From: Gemmatimonadota bacterium
GTDB lineage: Bacteria; Gemmatimonadota; Gemmatimonadetes; Palauibacterales; Palauibacteraceae
Direction of reading: 5' to 3'
NCBI GenBank assembly: GCA_963666735.1
Contig: OY762926.1
Span: 2,816,001-2,880,000 of the forward strand
Length of the DNA: 64,000 bases
In this document: positions 38,504 through 48,878 of the stretch, piece by piece
Numbering within the stretch: the first letter of the stretch is position 1
Layout: every line of letters starts with the position of its first letter
Made by a program: the position numbers and the translations under genes
Notes under the pieces: generated by a model
What the model was told of the DNA's origin: nothing
What the model saw: only the letters and a program-made list of their open reading frames with translations
The model's database searches: none

Positions 38504-40039
38504 CTACGGGACCAGGTTTCCGCCTGCCGTGCGGGTGATAAAACCCGCCAGCGTCTCGCGCCACTGGGGGAGCAGGCTCTCCTCCACGTACATCATGTGT
38601 CCGGCGGCGAAGTCCGCCCGGGTGATGTTGTCGCGCAGGTCCGGCGGCAGGCCGAGTTGCTCCAGCGACCACACGATGGGGAAGTACGGCGTCGCGAAGT
38701 CGTAGATTCCGTTGATGAGCAGGACCTCGAGGCGCGGGTTGCGTTCGATCGCGTGCGCGAGGTCGGGTCCCACGTTGAGCGCCGAGCCGCCGAACGGGCC
38801 GCGCCGGCCCCCCTGCCGCTCCCAGTTCCACGGCCGCGCCATTCCGCTGGGCCAGTACTCGCGGTCGCCGTCGTAGCCGAGTTCGTCCCGCACGTAGGTG
38901 TTGAAGAGGGAGGTGTAGGCGGAACTGATGGCCGAGGATTGGGCGTCGTGGTCGGGCGTCAGGTCGAGCAGATCGCCCGTCGGCCCGGTGAAGCGCGTGT
39001 CCAGCCTCGCCAGCGTGAGCCGGCGGTCCCGCAGCAGCTCCTTCTCGAACGCCGGCGCGGAAACGCGCAGGTCGGCCTTGTCGAGGTACTCCATGCTCAG
39101 CCCCGTGTACTCGTGCATCTGCCGCAGCACCCGGGCGCGCTGTTCGGGATCCACGGCGGTGCCGGCGAGCAGCGCCTGCGCGTAGTCGGTCAGCGCCCAC
39201 GCCTCGACCTCCTTCATGAACGTCTCGAGGTCGTCCGGGCGTCCGCCCGGCAGCATGTCGTGGTACTCGGCCGCGACCGCGAAGGAGGGGACGTTCGTGA
39301 TGAAGCCGATGTGGGACCCGTCCGGGAACTGGAGCGTGTTGAAGTCGATGACGGCGGAGACGAGCACGATCCCGTTCAGGTCGATGTTCGCGTTCTGCAG
39401 GTGCCGGGCCAGCAGCACGGACCGCGTCGTGCCGTAGCTCTCGCCGAGAATGTAGCGGGGCGAGTTCCAGCGCTGGTTCTCGCTCAGGAAACGGCGGATG
39501 AACTGCGTGAGGGAGGCGGCGTCCTCGTCCATCCCCCAGAAGTGGGTCCCATCGGTGTCGCCGGCGGGTCGGCTGAACCCGGTCCCGACCGGGTCCACCA
39601 TCACGACGTCCGCGATGTCGAGCACCGTGTATCCGTTGTCGACGAGCGGGTACGGGGGCGGGGCCTGCTGCCCCACGTTGGGCGTCACCACGCGGCGCGG
39701 TCCCATGATCCCCATGTGGAGCCAGAAGGAAGCGGACCCGGGCCCTCCGTTGTAGGCGAAGATGACGGGGCGCGTGGACGGGTCTCCGCCGTTCGTCCGG
39801 AAGTACCCCGTGTAGAAGAGTTCGCCGGTTGCGTTCTCCTCATTGTCCCGGAGGATGACGCTGCCGACGACCGCTTGGTATTCGACCGTCTCCCCGTTCA
39901 CGACGATGGAATGGTTCGACTCCCAGCGCGAAGCCTCGACCTCGTCTCGGCCTCCGTCGCCGGAGCCTTCCTGCGCGAGCGCGCCCGCGGGCATGAGGCC
40001 GAGCGCGACAACCGGGGCGATCAACATGAGCGACTTCAT
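38504..40039 (-). CDS. S10 serine carboxypeptidase
   Basis: NGGPGSAS, GESYG, AGHMMY; signal peptide. Confidence 0.92.
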   Translation of the reverse strand: MKSLMLIAPVVALGLMPAGALAQEGSGDGGRDEVEASRWESNHSIVVNGETVEYQAVVGSVILRDNEENATGELFYTGYFRTNGGDPSTRPVIFAYNGGPGSASFWLHMGIMGPRRVVTPNVGQQAPPPYPLVDNGYTVLDIADVVMVDPVGTGFSRPAGDTDGTHFWGMDEDAASLTQFIRRFLSENQRWNSPRYILGESYGTTRSVLLARHLQNANIDLNGIVLVSAVIDFNTLQFPDGSHIGFITNVPSFAVAAEYHDMLPGGRPDDLETFMKEVEAWALTDYAQALLAGTAVDPEQRARVLRQMHEYTGLSMEYLDKADLRVSAPAFEKELLRDRRLTLARLDTRFTGPTGDLLDLTPDHDAQSSAISSAYTSLFNTYVRDELGYDGDREYWPSGMARPWNWERQGGRRGPFGGSALNVGPDLAHAIERNPRLEVLLINGIYDFATPYFPIVWSLEQLGLPPDLRDNITRADFAAGHMMYVEESLLPQWRETLAGFITRTAGGNLVP

Positions 40040-40052
40040 CTTTCCTCCTGCG

Positions 40053-40901
40053 CTAGCGGCCGGCGGCGGCCATTCCGAGGGCGACGGCCTCCGGCTGCGT
40101 GACGATGATCACGCGGAACCCCTGCTCGATCCGCATGGCGATGTCATCCACGCCGGCCGTGACCCCGCACGGCACGTCGAACTCGAGACAGGCGGCGAGC
40201 ACGATCTGGATCGCCTCCTCCACCTTCTCCATGTCTCCGTCGTAGACGCGCCGCAGGTCGCCCGGCCCCGGGGAGACGGCGCTGACTCCAAGGGTGGAGA
40301 CGATCTCCCGCACGTTGTCGATCCCGACCTGGTCCTCGATGAGGAGGAAGCTGATCAGGTGGCCGTCCGGATTGCCGGGCCAGGCGGCATCGCCGAGCGC
40401 ATCCACCGCGAGGGCGGCCTCCTCCGCGGTCTCGACGTGGGGGTAGACGATCCCGGAAACGCCCGCCGCCAGTCCCTGCGCGGCGCGGTCCCGCGCCTCG
40501 TCGTGCCCGTCCCGGATCGGCGGGATCCGCAGCAGCATGGGATGGGGCATCTGGTGCCCCGAGGCCTCCGACATCCCGGCGGCGTAACTCTCGAGCGCGG
40601 GGATGTCGAAGGGGCCGGATTCCAGCGAGTAGAACACGAAATCGAGCGGACGGTTGGCGGCCATGGCGGCGCCGGCCTCGGGCGTGTGATCGCCGGAGAA
40701 GAGTCCGAAGATCGCGTCCCCGGCGGCGAGTTGATCCACCATCCGCGTGTCGGCGGCCTCCTCGGGCTCCGCCATCGCTTCGCTCTCCTCCTCTCCCGGC
40801 GTCCCCCCGCAACCGTGGAAGAGAGCGATGCCCCCCGCGACACTCCCCACGAGTCTGAGGGTTCGGAGCGGCGGGTTCCTGCGCGTGTTCCTGGCAGCCA
40901 T
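40053..40901 (-). CDS. HpcH/HpaI aldolase-family lipoprotein
   Basis: FHGC lipobox; GIVYPHVETAEEA, LIED, GPGDL. Confidence 0.8.
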   Translation of the reverse strand: MAARNTRRNPPLRTLRLVGSVAGGIALFHGCGGTPGEEESEAMAEPEEAADTRMVDQLAAGDAIFGLFSGDHTPEAGAAMAANRPLDFVFYSLESGPFDIPALESYAAGMSEASGHQMPHPMLLRIPPIRDGHDEARDRAAQGLAAGVSGIVYPHVETAEEAALAVDALGDAAWPGNPDGHLISFLLIEDQVGIDNVREIVSTLGVSAVSPGPGDLRRVYDGDMEKVEEAIQIVLAACLEFDVPCGVTAGVDDIAMRIEQGFRVIIVTQPEAVALGMAAAGR

Positions 40902-41054
40902 GAGGCACCTCTGGGGTTGGGAAGGCCGGTTTCCGACGGTTAGTCTAGGCCATGGACGAGAGGCCGTCGTCGCGCAGCAGGTGCGCGAAGCCCACGCCTT
41001 GTTGACCATCTGCCGGGTGTGGTTGCCGCGCATGGAGGAATGTACGGTCCTGCC

Positions 41055-41519
41055 TCAGGTGGCGGAACCGCGCTCGTGAAGGTCGAGGGCGACCGCACTT
41101 GTTTGCCCATGGAGCGCCAGAAAGCGGGCCGGCGTGATGATCGGTATACCATGGAACGGTGACATGGCGAGCAGGTCGTTGTCGCCCGTCACCAGATGGT
41201 TGGCGCGACCCATGAGGGCAGTCTCCAAGATCTTGTCGTCGGTGGGGTCGCGGCAGCCGAGCCTGGCACCGGCGATCGGCACCCATTCCGCAACCGCGGC
41301 CAGCAGCGTGACGAAAGCTGCTCGGGATTCCCTGCCCACGTAGGGGTCGAACTTCGAGCCGAGGATCCGATGGCGGAGCTCGGCGAACGTCTCGTCGCTG
41401 AAGAGAACGATCCCCTTGTCCGCTCTTACCAGATCGACCACCCTGCGAGGTGGCCCTGTCTGGGTGAGGACGGCGCTGATCAGAACATTGGTGTCGAGTA
41501 CGACCCTGTCAGCTATCAT
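41055..41519 (-). CDS. PIN-family toxin
   Basis: VVLDTNVLISA, CRDPTDDKILE, VTGDNDLL. Confidence 0.9.
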   Translation of the reverse strand: MIADRVVLDTNVLISAVLTQTGPPRRVVDLVRADKGIVLFSDETFAELRHRILGSKFDPYVGRESRAAFVTLLAAVAEWVPIAGARLGCRDPTDDKILETALMGRANHLVTGDNDLLAMSPFHGIPIITPARFLALHGQTSAVALDLHERGSAT

Positions 41520-41760
41520 CGGAGAGCAGGGACTCCAACGCCGCTGGCGTCAGGCCGTTGGCGGCCGCCTCCTGGCTCATGGCGTCCATCGCGACCGCCA
41601 ACCGATCCCAAGCGGTTCCGCGCAGTCGCTTGAACTGCTCCACCGACAGCATCACGCCCACTGGCGTGCCGTTCCGCGTGACACGCACGGGTCCCTGCTG
41701 GGCGAACCGAAGCAGCTGGCCGAACCGGTTCTTAGCCTCTTTGGCAGTTAGTTCTCTCAT
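41509..41760 (-). CDS. Phd/YefM antitoxin
   Basis: TAKEAKNRFGQLL..PVRVTRNGTP; overlaps the toxin gene. Confidence 0.9.
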   Translation of the reverse strand: MRELTAKEAKNRFGQLLRFAQQGPVRVTRNGTPVGVMLSVEQFKRLRGTAWDRLAVAMDAMSQEAAANGLTPAALESLLSDDS

Positions 41761-41944
41761 GTGGACATAATAGCTACTGTGGCTTCGACCGGTCAAATCG
41801 GACCTCTCGCCAACGACCGTGCAATACCACCCTTTCCGCGCCGGGTACCCTCACCGGTCGGTCCCCAAGCGCGACGCCCCCGTTAGGCCGACAATTCCCG
41901 TGGACACTTGTGGCGTCTTGGATCGTCCACCGCATCTCCAAGCT

Positions 41945-42262
41945 CACGTCCGGGCCACCCTTCAGGCGAGGGATCATGTGGTCCAAGGAGAGCCTACCTT
42001 CGCATCCGCAGTAGCAGCATGTCGTGCCGTGGACGATCTTCGTCTTCTCGTCGTACAGCAGGGACCGCATCGTCACGTCACCAGCCAAGTATCCGTTGCG
42101 GAAGCGTGCCCGGATCATGAAGTGCACCGCCTCATAGCGAGTCTTGCCCTGCTCGACGGCCGCATGGGACATCGCCAGTCGCCCATAGCTCCAAGCGAAG
42201 TGTTCCCGCACCGAAGAGTGCAGCTCCGGTGGCTTCATTGGCAGTTGCTGCGAGGTGTTCAT
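41945..42262 (-). pseudogene. HNH endonuclease, truncated
   Basis: CCYCG..SLDHMIPRLKGGPD, then homology is lost. Confidence 0.7.
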
Positions 42263-42732
42263 TGGGCTCCCCTCTGCCGACTGCTCGGCCACCCCGAATC
42301 ACGCTGTTTGTTGGGCCGCCCAGCCGTCCACCAACCGGCTCGATTGCGATCTCCTCGACACGGTTGCGGACTTGCCGGAGCTCGCAGACCACCATCTACT
42401 ACGGCCTCCCGATGCTCCGGTCCGGCCTCGTAGATTGCCTTCATCCCCCGGCGGGCGGATGGATGCCATAATCATCCAAGGGTAGGCGGGCGCCCGCCGG
42501 ACGAAAACCTCCGCGAGGACGAGGGGGGCTCGGGCTTGACGGGCCGACCCAGCGCACCCGATGTGGTCGGCCCAGGGGAACATCTTCGCGTAGGCGGGGA
42601 CATGCGCTCGGTGCCGGGACGCCATGGCTCAGGGACGGTGCCCACTCCCGCAACCTCCCGGAAATTGAGGCGATTTGCCGCTGTTTCGGTGCGTAGGAAT
42701 CGGATACCGGACCGACGGCAAAGCGGCAGATC

Positions 42733-42942
42733 GTGCACGCCTATCCGCGCACGGGCGACCCGGCCCTCACGGCCTTCGATCCGGACTTCGTGATCCTCTC
42801 GGCAGGCTTCGGCAGCCGGGTCGACGACCTCCTGGGCTGCTTCGCGCTCACGGACGACGCCTTCCGCCGCATGACCCGGACGGCGATGGACTACGCGGAC
42901 AGCTGCTGCGAGGGGCGCGTCGTCGTTCGCGGCGCGTCTTAG
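42733..42942 (+). pseudogene. Histone-deacetylase-family C-terminal fragment
   Basis: FDPDFVILSAGF..DDLLG..CEGRVV. Confidence 0.65.
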
Positions 42943-42982
42943 CTTGCATTCAACACCCTCTGTGGTTTCGATCGCAGGGCGC

Positions 42983-43012
42983 GGGGCCTCCTCGGGGGCC
43001 CCTGCTTCTCTT
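42983..43012 (+). terminator. Terminator-like hairpin in the NYN leader
   Basis: GGGGCCTC-CTCG-GGGGCCCC followed by TGCTTCTCTT. Confidence 0.4.
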
Positions 43013-43026
43013 AAGGGCAGTCAGCG

Positions 43027-43389
43027 ATGCGAACGTTCGTCTACGTGGATGGCTTCAACCTGTACTATGGAGCACTCAAGGGTTCTTCGTGGAAGTGGTT
43101 GGACTTGGTCGCGTTGTTCGACAACATGCTTCAGTCTCACCATCGGATCGTCACCGTCAAGTACTTCACGGCTCGTGTCTCGGGGACGTCCGCCGACCAA
43201 TCCAAGCCACAGAGGCAGGATCTGGATCTCCGCGCCCTCGGCCTCGTGACGCCGGGAGCTCGGCGTCCTTCACGCCAGCTCATGGCGCACGCGCACTCTT
43301 CGAGGCGCATCCGATCCAGTGCCCTGGCACGCTCGCAATTGCCGGATCGGATTCCGGACACGCGAATTCGGAAACCCGCGCTCGGGTAG
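43027..43389 (+). pseudogene. NYN-domain nuclease with central deletion
   Basis: VYVDGFNLYY..KWLD..KYFTA joined directly to the C-terminal SQLPD..KP; middle acidic motifs absent. Confidence 0.75.
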
Positions 43390-43433
43390 GTTGCCGGTCC
43401 AGGAACCTGTGATGTGGGGGTGGGCCGCCCGGG

Positions 43434-44474
43434 TCAGACGTTAAAGCGGATGTGGAGGATGTCGCCGTCGGCGACGACGTAGTCCTTGCCCTCCACCTGC
43501 AGCAGGCCCGCCTCCTTCACCGCCTGCTCTGAGCCGTACTCCGCGAACACCTCGTACGGGATCACCTCCGCGCGGATGAAGCCTCGTTCCATGTCGGAGT
43601 GGACCCGGCCCGCCGCCCGCCTGGCGCGCGTGCCGCGCCGGATCGTCCATGCACGGACTTCGACCGGCGCGGCGGTGAAGAAGGAAATGAGATCGAGGAG
43701 CCCGTAGGCCGCGCGGATGAAGCGGGCGAGCGCCGGTTCGCGCAGGCCGAGCGCCTCCACGAAGGCTGCCCGGTCCTCCGGGTCGAGGTCGGCGATCTCC
43801 GCCTCGACGGGCGCGGACAGCGCCAGGCCGCCGGCCCCCATCGCGGCGAGTCGCGCGGCGAGCGCCGGCGGTAGCGCCTCCCCTGCCCGGTTCTCGCTGC
43901 GGTTCAGCACGGCGAGCAGCGGACGGTCCGTGAGGAGGCCGTAGCCGCGAAACGGCGCGCGGTCCAGTTCCGCCCGGGGCACGGTCCGCAGCGGCTGCTC
44001 GCCTTCGAGTGCCTCAAGCGCCCGTTCGAAGGCGGCGATCTCGACCGCGTCCGCCCCCTCGCGACGCGCCCGGTCCAGTCGGCGCTCGACGAGGTCGAGG
44101 TCGGAGAGCAGACATTCCGTGGCGAAGGCCTCCAGTTCGCCTTCCGCGTCCGGCGGGTCCGCGAGGGAGGGGTTGTCGAAACCGCGGAGGACGAGGCAGA
44201 GCGCTTCCTGATCGCGGATCTGCTGGAGCCCCCGCGGCGACAGACCCCTGCTCGCCGCGCCGTATTCGCCCGGGATGTCGCAGAACCGCATCTCCGCGTA
44301 CGTCGTCCGGCGCGGGGAGAGGCGGGCTCTGAGGGCATCGATTCGTTCATCCGGGACCCGCACCGTACCCAGCCGCACCTCGCCGCCGAACCCGACCGGG
44401 ACGCCGAGCCCCGTCATCGCGTTGAATACCGTCGTCTTCCCCGAACCCGCGAACCCCACGAGTCCTATCTTCAC
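43434..44474 (-). CDS. ychF: YchF-like Obg-family ATPase (divergent)
   Basis: GFAGSGKT, DIPG, AGRVHSDMERGFIRAE, EGKDYVVADGD..RFNV. Confidence 0.85.
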   Translation of the reverse strand: MKIGLVGFAGSGKTTVFNAMTGLGVPVGFGGEVRLGTVRVPDERIDALRARLSPRRTTYAEMRFCDIPGEYGAASRGLSPRGLQQIRDQEALCLVLRGFDNPSLADPPDAEGELEAFATECLLSDLDLVERRLDRARREGADAVEIAAFERALEALEGEQPLRTVPRAELDRAPFRGYGLLTDRPLLAVLNRSENRAGEALPPALAARLAAMGAGGLALSAPVEAEIADLDPEDRAAFVEALGLREPALARFIRAAYGLLDLISFFTAAPVEVRAWTIRRGTRARRAAGRVHSDMERGFIRAEVIPYEVFAEYGSEQAVKEAGLLQVEGKDYVVADGDILHIRFNV

Positions 44475-44503
44475 CGCGTCCCCTCCCCGCTTATCTTCGG
44501 TGC

Positions 44504-44923
44504 GTGAATATCGAAATCCCCGTCTCCGCCGGCGAACTCATCGACCGGATCACCATCCTCCGGCTGAAACAGGCCCGGATCCGCGATCCCCGGAAGCTCG
44601 CAAACGTCGTCTCCGAACTCGGGCGCCTCGAGGAAATCTGTGAACGGACCATCGGGCCGCTCGAGGAAGCCCCGCTCCGCGTCATGGAACGCGCCGGGGA
44701 ACTGGAAGCCGTGAACCGGGGCATCTGGGATGTCGAGGATAAGTTGCGCGCTCTCGAACGTGCCCGCGAGTTCGGCTCACCATTCATTGAAGCGGCACGG
44801 CAAGTCTACCGTCTCAACGATGAACGCCACCGCCTCAAGCGCGCCCTCAGCGAGGACTACGGCTCCGGTATCCTCGAAGAGAAATCCCACGCGACCGCGG
44901 ACCCGGAGACCAGCTCAAGATAG
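44504..44923 (+). CDS. DUF6165-like protein
   Basis: PVSAGELIDRITIL..IWDVED..ARQVYRLNDER..EEKS. Confidence 0.75.
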   Translation: MNIEIPVSAGELIDRITILRLKQARIRDPRKLANVVSELGRLEEICERTIGPLEEAPLRVMERAGELEAVNRGIWDVEDKLRALERAREFGSPFIEAARQVYRLNDERHRLKRALSEDYGSGILEEKSHATADPETSSR

Positions 44924-44974
44924 TCGCAGGTTTCGGGTCGTCGGGGGCTCCGGGGAGTCGCGGGCTCGGCTCGG

Positions 44975-46750
44975 TCAGGGGCAGAACGGGTCCAGGCGGT
45001 CGGCCACCGCGGCCAGTCCGTCCACGGGAGAGGCTTCGCTCCCGGCCACCTTCGAGATCCGGATCGCGACGATGCCGTTGGGAAAGAGGACGACCCGGTG
45101 GCCGCCCCAGCCCGACATGCGCGTGAGGTCGACGACGCAGCCCCCCTCACCGACATGGTTCTGGTGCCACAGTGCGAGGGAGTAGCTGGGCTGCCCGATT
45201 TCGGCGGGCGGGCCGAAGGCGATCCCGCGGACGTCCGTCCGGTAGAGGACCTCGGCGGTCAACTCGGGGTGCAGCAACGGTTCGCCCTCGTGTACGCCGC
45301 CGTCCTGCAGGAGGCGGGCGATCTTCGCGAGGTCGTCCACCGTCGGGTAGTAGCCCTGTGACATCTGGGGCAGCGTGAGCGAGCCGTCCGCCTCGATGAG
45401 CCGATTCGTCGGTGCGTGCGGCACGCCGATGGGGCGGTAGACTTCCTCCTCCAGCATCTCCCACAGGTCCGCCCCGTCTCCGGCTCGATGCTTGAGGTAG
45501 GCGTCCATCGCCGCGCCGATGAGGAACGCGTCCTGGTCGCGGTAGCGGACGACCTCCCCCGGCCCCCACGGGTGGTTCGAGGCGCGGAACACCTGGCGAA
45601 TCCGAGCGTCCTTCGAAATCGCCGTGTACCAGTCGTCGTAGCCGATCAGGTAGCCGTCGCCCGTGGTGTTGGGTTCGGTCCGCGTCGATCCCTCGCCCAC
45701 GCCGGTGGCCATGTTGAGGACATCGCGGAAGCGGACGTCGTCCCAGCCGTCGTGGTCCGCCGTCACATCGAGGTGATCGGCGACCCGTTCGTCGAGGACG
45801 CCGCGCCCGTAACGCTGCGCGAGACGGAGAGCGGCCACGGTGTTGCCGGTGGACTTGGTGACGGACCAGATCCCGAAGCGCTGCTCCCGGCAGAAGGGAA
45901 GCTCCCCGAACGGCGTCGGGCAGTCGGCGGCGTAGAGGGTGTCCCGCACGAGAAAGGCCGCGGTGACCATGCTCTCGACATTCATGTTTCCGTGCATGGC
46001 GTCGAACGCGGTGTCTCCCACCTGCGGGCGCAGGTCGGAGATCGGGCGCAGGGGCAGGCGCCGCGCCTTCTCGGCGGCGAAGGCCTCGACCGCCTCCGCC
46101 GGTGCCGGGCCCGGCGTGTACTCCGCGGCGAGCTGGCCCCACATCAGGCGCCGCTGAACGAGGAAATAGGGCCGGCCCTGGGTCACGGTCTGGAAGCGGA
46201 CGCCCGACACTTCCCGGTCGTTGAAGGCGAAGGTCGCCACGCCGTTGTAGGTCTCGTTCTCGACGGAACTCGCGAGTTGCAGCGGGAACGCCGCCCGCGA
46301 CCACGTCTCGCCCGGTTCGGACCACACGGTGCCGGGTCCGACCAGAACGTCCCAGTAGCTCCCGGCCTCGGTGCGCGTGCCGGACACGATGAGGTTGCGA
46401 TCCCACGGGATCAGGTCACGGCCATCCACTACGAATCCCAGCGAGACATCAGGGAAGCGCTTCGTGTCCCGGCCGATGATGCGGCGCGGGTCGAGGTCGG
46501 CCGGATCCGTCTGCATCTCCGCGCCGGTCAACGCGATGGTGCCGGAGAAAGGATGCCGGGCGGGCTCCGCCTCGGACGAGGGAAGGAAGCGGTCGTTGGC
46601 GAGCATGGCGGGCGGCGCCCACGCTCCGCGGGCGAGCTCCTCCAGGGGAATCCGCTCTCCGTCGCCCGATCCCACCCCGTTGCAGGCACCGCACAGGAGA
46701 GCCACGGCGAGGCCCGCGACGAGTTGGAGCGGTCGATCTTGAGCCATCAT
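44975..46750 (-). CDS. Serine hydrolase (beta-lactamase-like) lipoprotein
   Basis: CGAC lipobox; SVTK, LNMATG, MSGWGG. Confidence 0.8.
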   Translation of the reverse strand: MMAQDRPLQLVAGLAVALLCGACNGVGSGDGERIPLEELARGAWAPPAMLANDRFLPSSEAEPARHPFSGTIALTGAEMQTDPADLDPRRIIGRDTKRFPDVSLGFVVDGRDLIPWDRNLIVSGTRTEAGSYWDVLVGPGTVWSEPGETWSRAAFPLQLASSVENETYNGVATFAFNDREVSGVRFQTVTQGRPYFLVQRRLMWGQLAAEYTPGPAPAEAVEAFAAEKARRLPLRPISDLRPQVGDTAFDAMHGNMNVESMVTAAFLVRDTLYAADCPTPFGELPFCREQRFGIWSVTKSTGNTVAALRLAQRYGRGVLDERVADHLDVTADHDGWDDVRFRDVLNMATGVGEGSTRTEPNTTGDGYLIGYDDWYTAISKDARIRQVFRASNHPWGPGEVVRYRDQDAFLIGAAMDAYLKHRAGDGADLWEMLEEEVYRPIGVPHAPTNRLIEADGSLTLPQMSQGYYPTVDDLAKIARLLQDGGVHEGEPLLHPELTAEVLYRTDVRGIAFGPPAEIGQPSYSLALWHQNHVGEGGCVVDLTRMSGWGGHRVVLFPNGIVAIRISKVAGSEASPVDGLAAVADRLDPFCP

Positions 46751-46856
46751 GAACACCCCTTCGATGTCTTGGAGGCGTCGTTGCCCCCGCGTAGCTTGCG
46801 GTGAAACCACTCGACCTGTCACGAGGGGGTGCAAAACGGGTCATGGAATCGGGATC

Positions 46857-47380
46857 GTGCCGCGCAGGCTGTTCCCCGCGCTCGCGGCGACACTCGCGGC
46901 GGCGCTTACGGCTTCGTGCGACGGGAGTACCGGTCCATCCAGCTTCGAACCGGGAGCGCTGGCGCCCGGGGAATCGTGGCGGATCCACAGGTGGTCGGCG
47001 TCATCGGCACGTCCTGCTCGGCCGGCGCCGTGGCCGCTTCGCCGGTGATCGGACCGGCCGGTTTCGCGATGGTCGCGCCGAACACCACGTCCCCGTTGCC
47101 GACCTCGAACCTCGCCGGCAACCCGAACTCCGCCTATCACCACGGCTACTACCGCGTCGCGAACAACGACCTCCATCAGGCGCGGGCTCTTTCCGACTTC
47201 GCCTACAATGAACTGGGTCTGCGGCGGATCGTGACGCTCCATGACGGCGACCCCTGCACGACGGCCCTCGTGAACGCGGTCGGGGCCGCGTTCGAGGCGC
47301 TCGGCGGCGAAGTCCCCGTCGCCACCGAAATCCGGAAGGGCGAGACGGACATGCCGGTCGGCTACCGGTTCACGCCGTGA
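46857..47380 (+). pseudogene. Branched-chain amino-acid ABC substrate-binding protein fragment
   Basis: ADPQVVGVIGTSCS..YYRVANND..; lipoprotein signal in another frame; truncated. Confidence 0.75.
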
Positions 47381-48621
47381 TGTCCGCGTCGAATCGCGGC
47401 GCCGTCGCCGCGCCGGAACTCGACGACCTCTTCGCGGAAGAGGCGATCGCACGCCCGTACACCCATTTCGCGCGGCTGCGGGAGCGCGACCCCGTCCACT
47501 GGAACGAGAAGTTCGGGCTGTGGGTCGTGACGGGATACGATCCCGTCGTCTGGATCCTCCGGCACCACGAACTCTTTTCCTCGGCGGTGATACGAGGCGT
47601 GGAGGGGGCGCCGTATCCGCCCGTGCTGCCCGAGGACCTGCCCCTGTTCGACGAGGTCAAGACGTTCCGCGCGGATCAACTCGTGGAGCGGGACCGTCCC
47701 GAACACCTCGAGCAGCGGAAGACGGTCCACTCCTTCTTCACGCCGACCGCGATGGAGGAATGGCGGCCCTTCGTGCGCCGTGCGGTCGACGAACTCCTGG
47801 ACGAGTTGCGGCCCAGGCGACGCATGAATGTCGTCACCGACCTGGCCGCGCCGCTCCCGGTGCGGATCATCGCGCGGTTGATGGGCGTCCCCCGCGAGGA
47901 CATGGACACGCTCCGGGGGCTCGCGGACAGTATCCTCCACCTGAACCGAGGCGAACCCGACCGGCTGCGACCCCTGACGGAGGGGATCCGCGGGATCGTG
48001 GAGTACGCCCGCCCGTTCGTCGAGGAGCGGATCGAGAATCCGGGCGACGACCTGATTTCCGCTCTGGCGCGGGGGGAGACCGACGGCGTCTTCACGCGGC
48101 ACCAGGTGCTCGTGAATGCGGGATTGATGCTGTTCGCGGGACACGAGACGACGATGAACCTGATCTGTAACGGTCTCCGCGCCTTCATCGAGCATCCGGC
48201 GCAATGGGACAGGCTCAGGGCGGACCCCGACCGCTTTGCGCGTACGGCGACCGAGGAGTGTCTGCGCTTCGATCCGCCGGTGAAATCGACCCAGCGCATC
48301 GTCGCGCGGGAGGCCGAACTGTGCGGGAAGACGCTGTCCCCCGGCGAGCGGATCCGGTGGATCATCGCGGCGGCGAACCGGGACCCGTCCGTGTTCGAGG
48401 ACCCGGACCGGTTCGATATCGGGCGCCGGCCGAACCCCCATCTCTCCTTCGGCTCGGGCATCCACTACTGCCTCGGCGTCGCGCTCGCGCGCATGGAGGG
48501 ACAGGAAGTGTTCCGCGGGCTGGCGCGCCGCTTCGAGCGGTTCGAACTGGAGACGGATGAACTGCGCTACCAGCCGAGCATCCAGTTCCGCTCCATCGAA
48601 TCCATGCCTGTGACGTGGTAA
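47380..48621 (+). CDS. Cytochrome P450
   Basis: AGHETT, EECLR, FGSGIHYCLG. Confidence 0.96.
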   Translation: MSASNRGAVAAPELDDLFAEEAIARPYTHFARLRERDPVHWNEKFGLWVVTGYDPVVWILRHHELFSSAVIRGVEGAPYPPVLPEDLPLFDEVKTFRADQLVERDRPEHLEQRKTVHSFFTPTAMEEWRPFVRRAVDELLDELRPRRRMNVVTDLAAPLPVRIIARLMGVPREDMDTLRGLADSILHLNRGEPDRLRPLTEGIRGIVEYARPFVEERIENPGDDLISALARGETDGVFTRHQVLVNAGLMLFAGHETTMNLICNGLRAFIEHPAQWDRLRADPDRFARTATEECLRFDPPVKSTQRIVAREAELCGKTLSPGERIRWIIAAANRDPSVFEDPDRFDIGRRPNPHLSFGSGIHYCLGVALARMEGQEVFRGLARRFERFELETDELRYQPSIQFRSIESMPVTW

Positions 48622-48641
48622 GGCCGCGGCGTGAGCATCCC

Positions 48642-48878
48642 ATGGTGACGATCGACGTCGATCGCGGGCTCTGCGTCGGCAACGCGATGTGCGTGGCCAC
48701 CGCCCCGGGCGTGTTCGCGCACGACGAGGACCGCCAGTCGACGGTCGTCGACGCGGAGGGCGACCCGGCGGCGCTCGTCCTCGAGGCGGCGGCCAACTGC
48801 CCCGTGAGCGCGATCCGCGTGATGGATGCCGACACGGGCCGGCCGCTGTTTCCGCCCGAGCCGGCTGCGGGAAGGTGA
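48642..48878 (+). CDS. [3Fe-4S]-type ferredoxin
   Basis: CVGNAMC..AP..F..NCPVSAI. Confidence 0.9.
   Translation: MVTIDVDRGLCVGNAMCVATAPGVFAHDEDRQSTVVDAEGDPAALVLEAAANCPVSAIRVMDADTGRPLFPPEPAAGR

Noticed and set aside
42300..42730. Short ORFs and possible repeat ends between the HNH and HDAC fragments
   Set aside because: No recognisable family or second copy in the window
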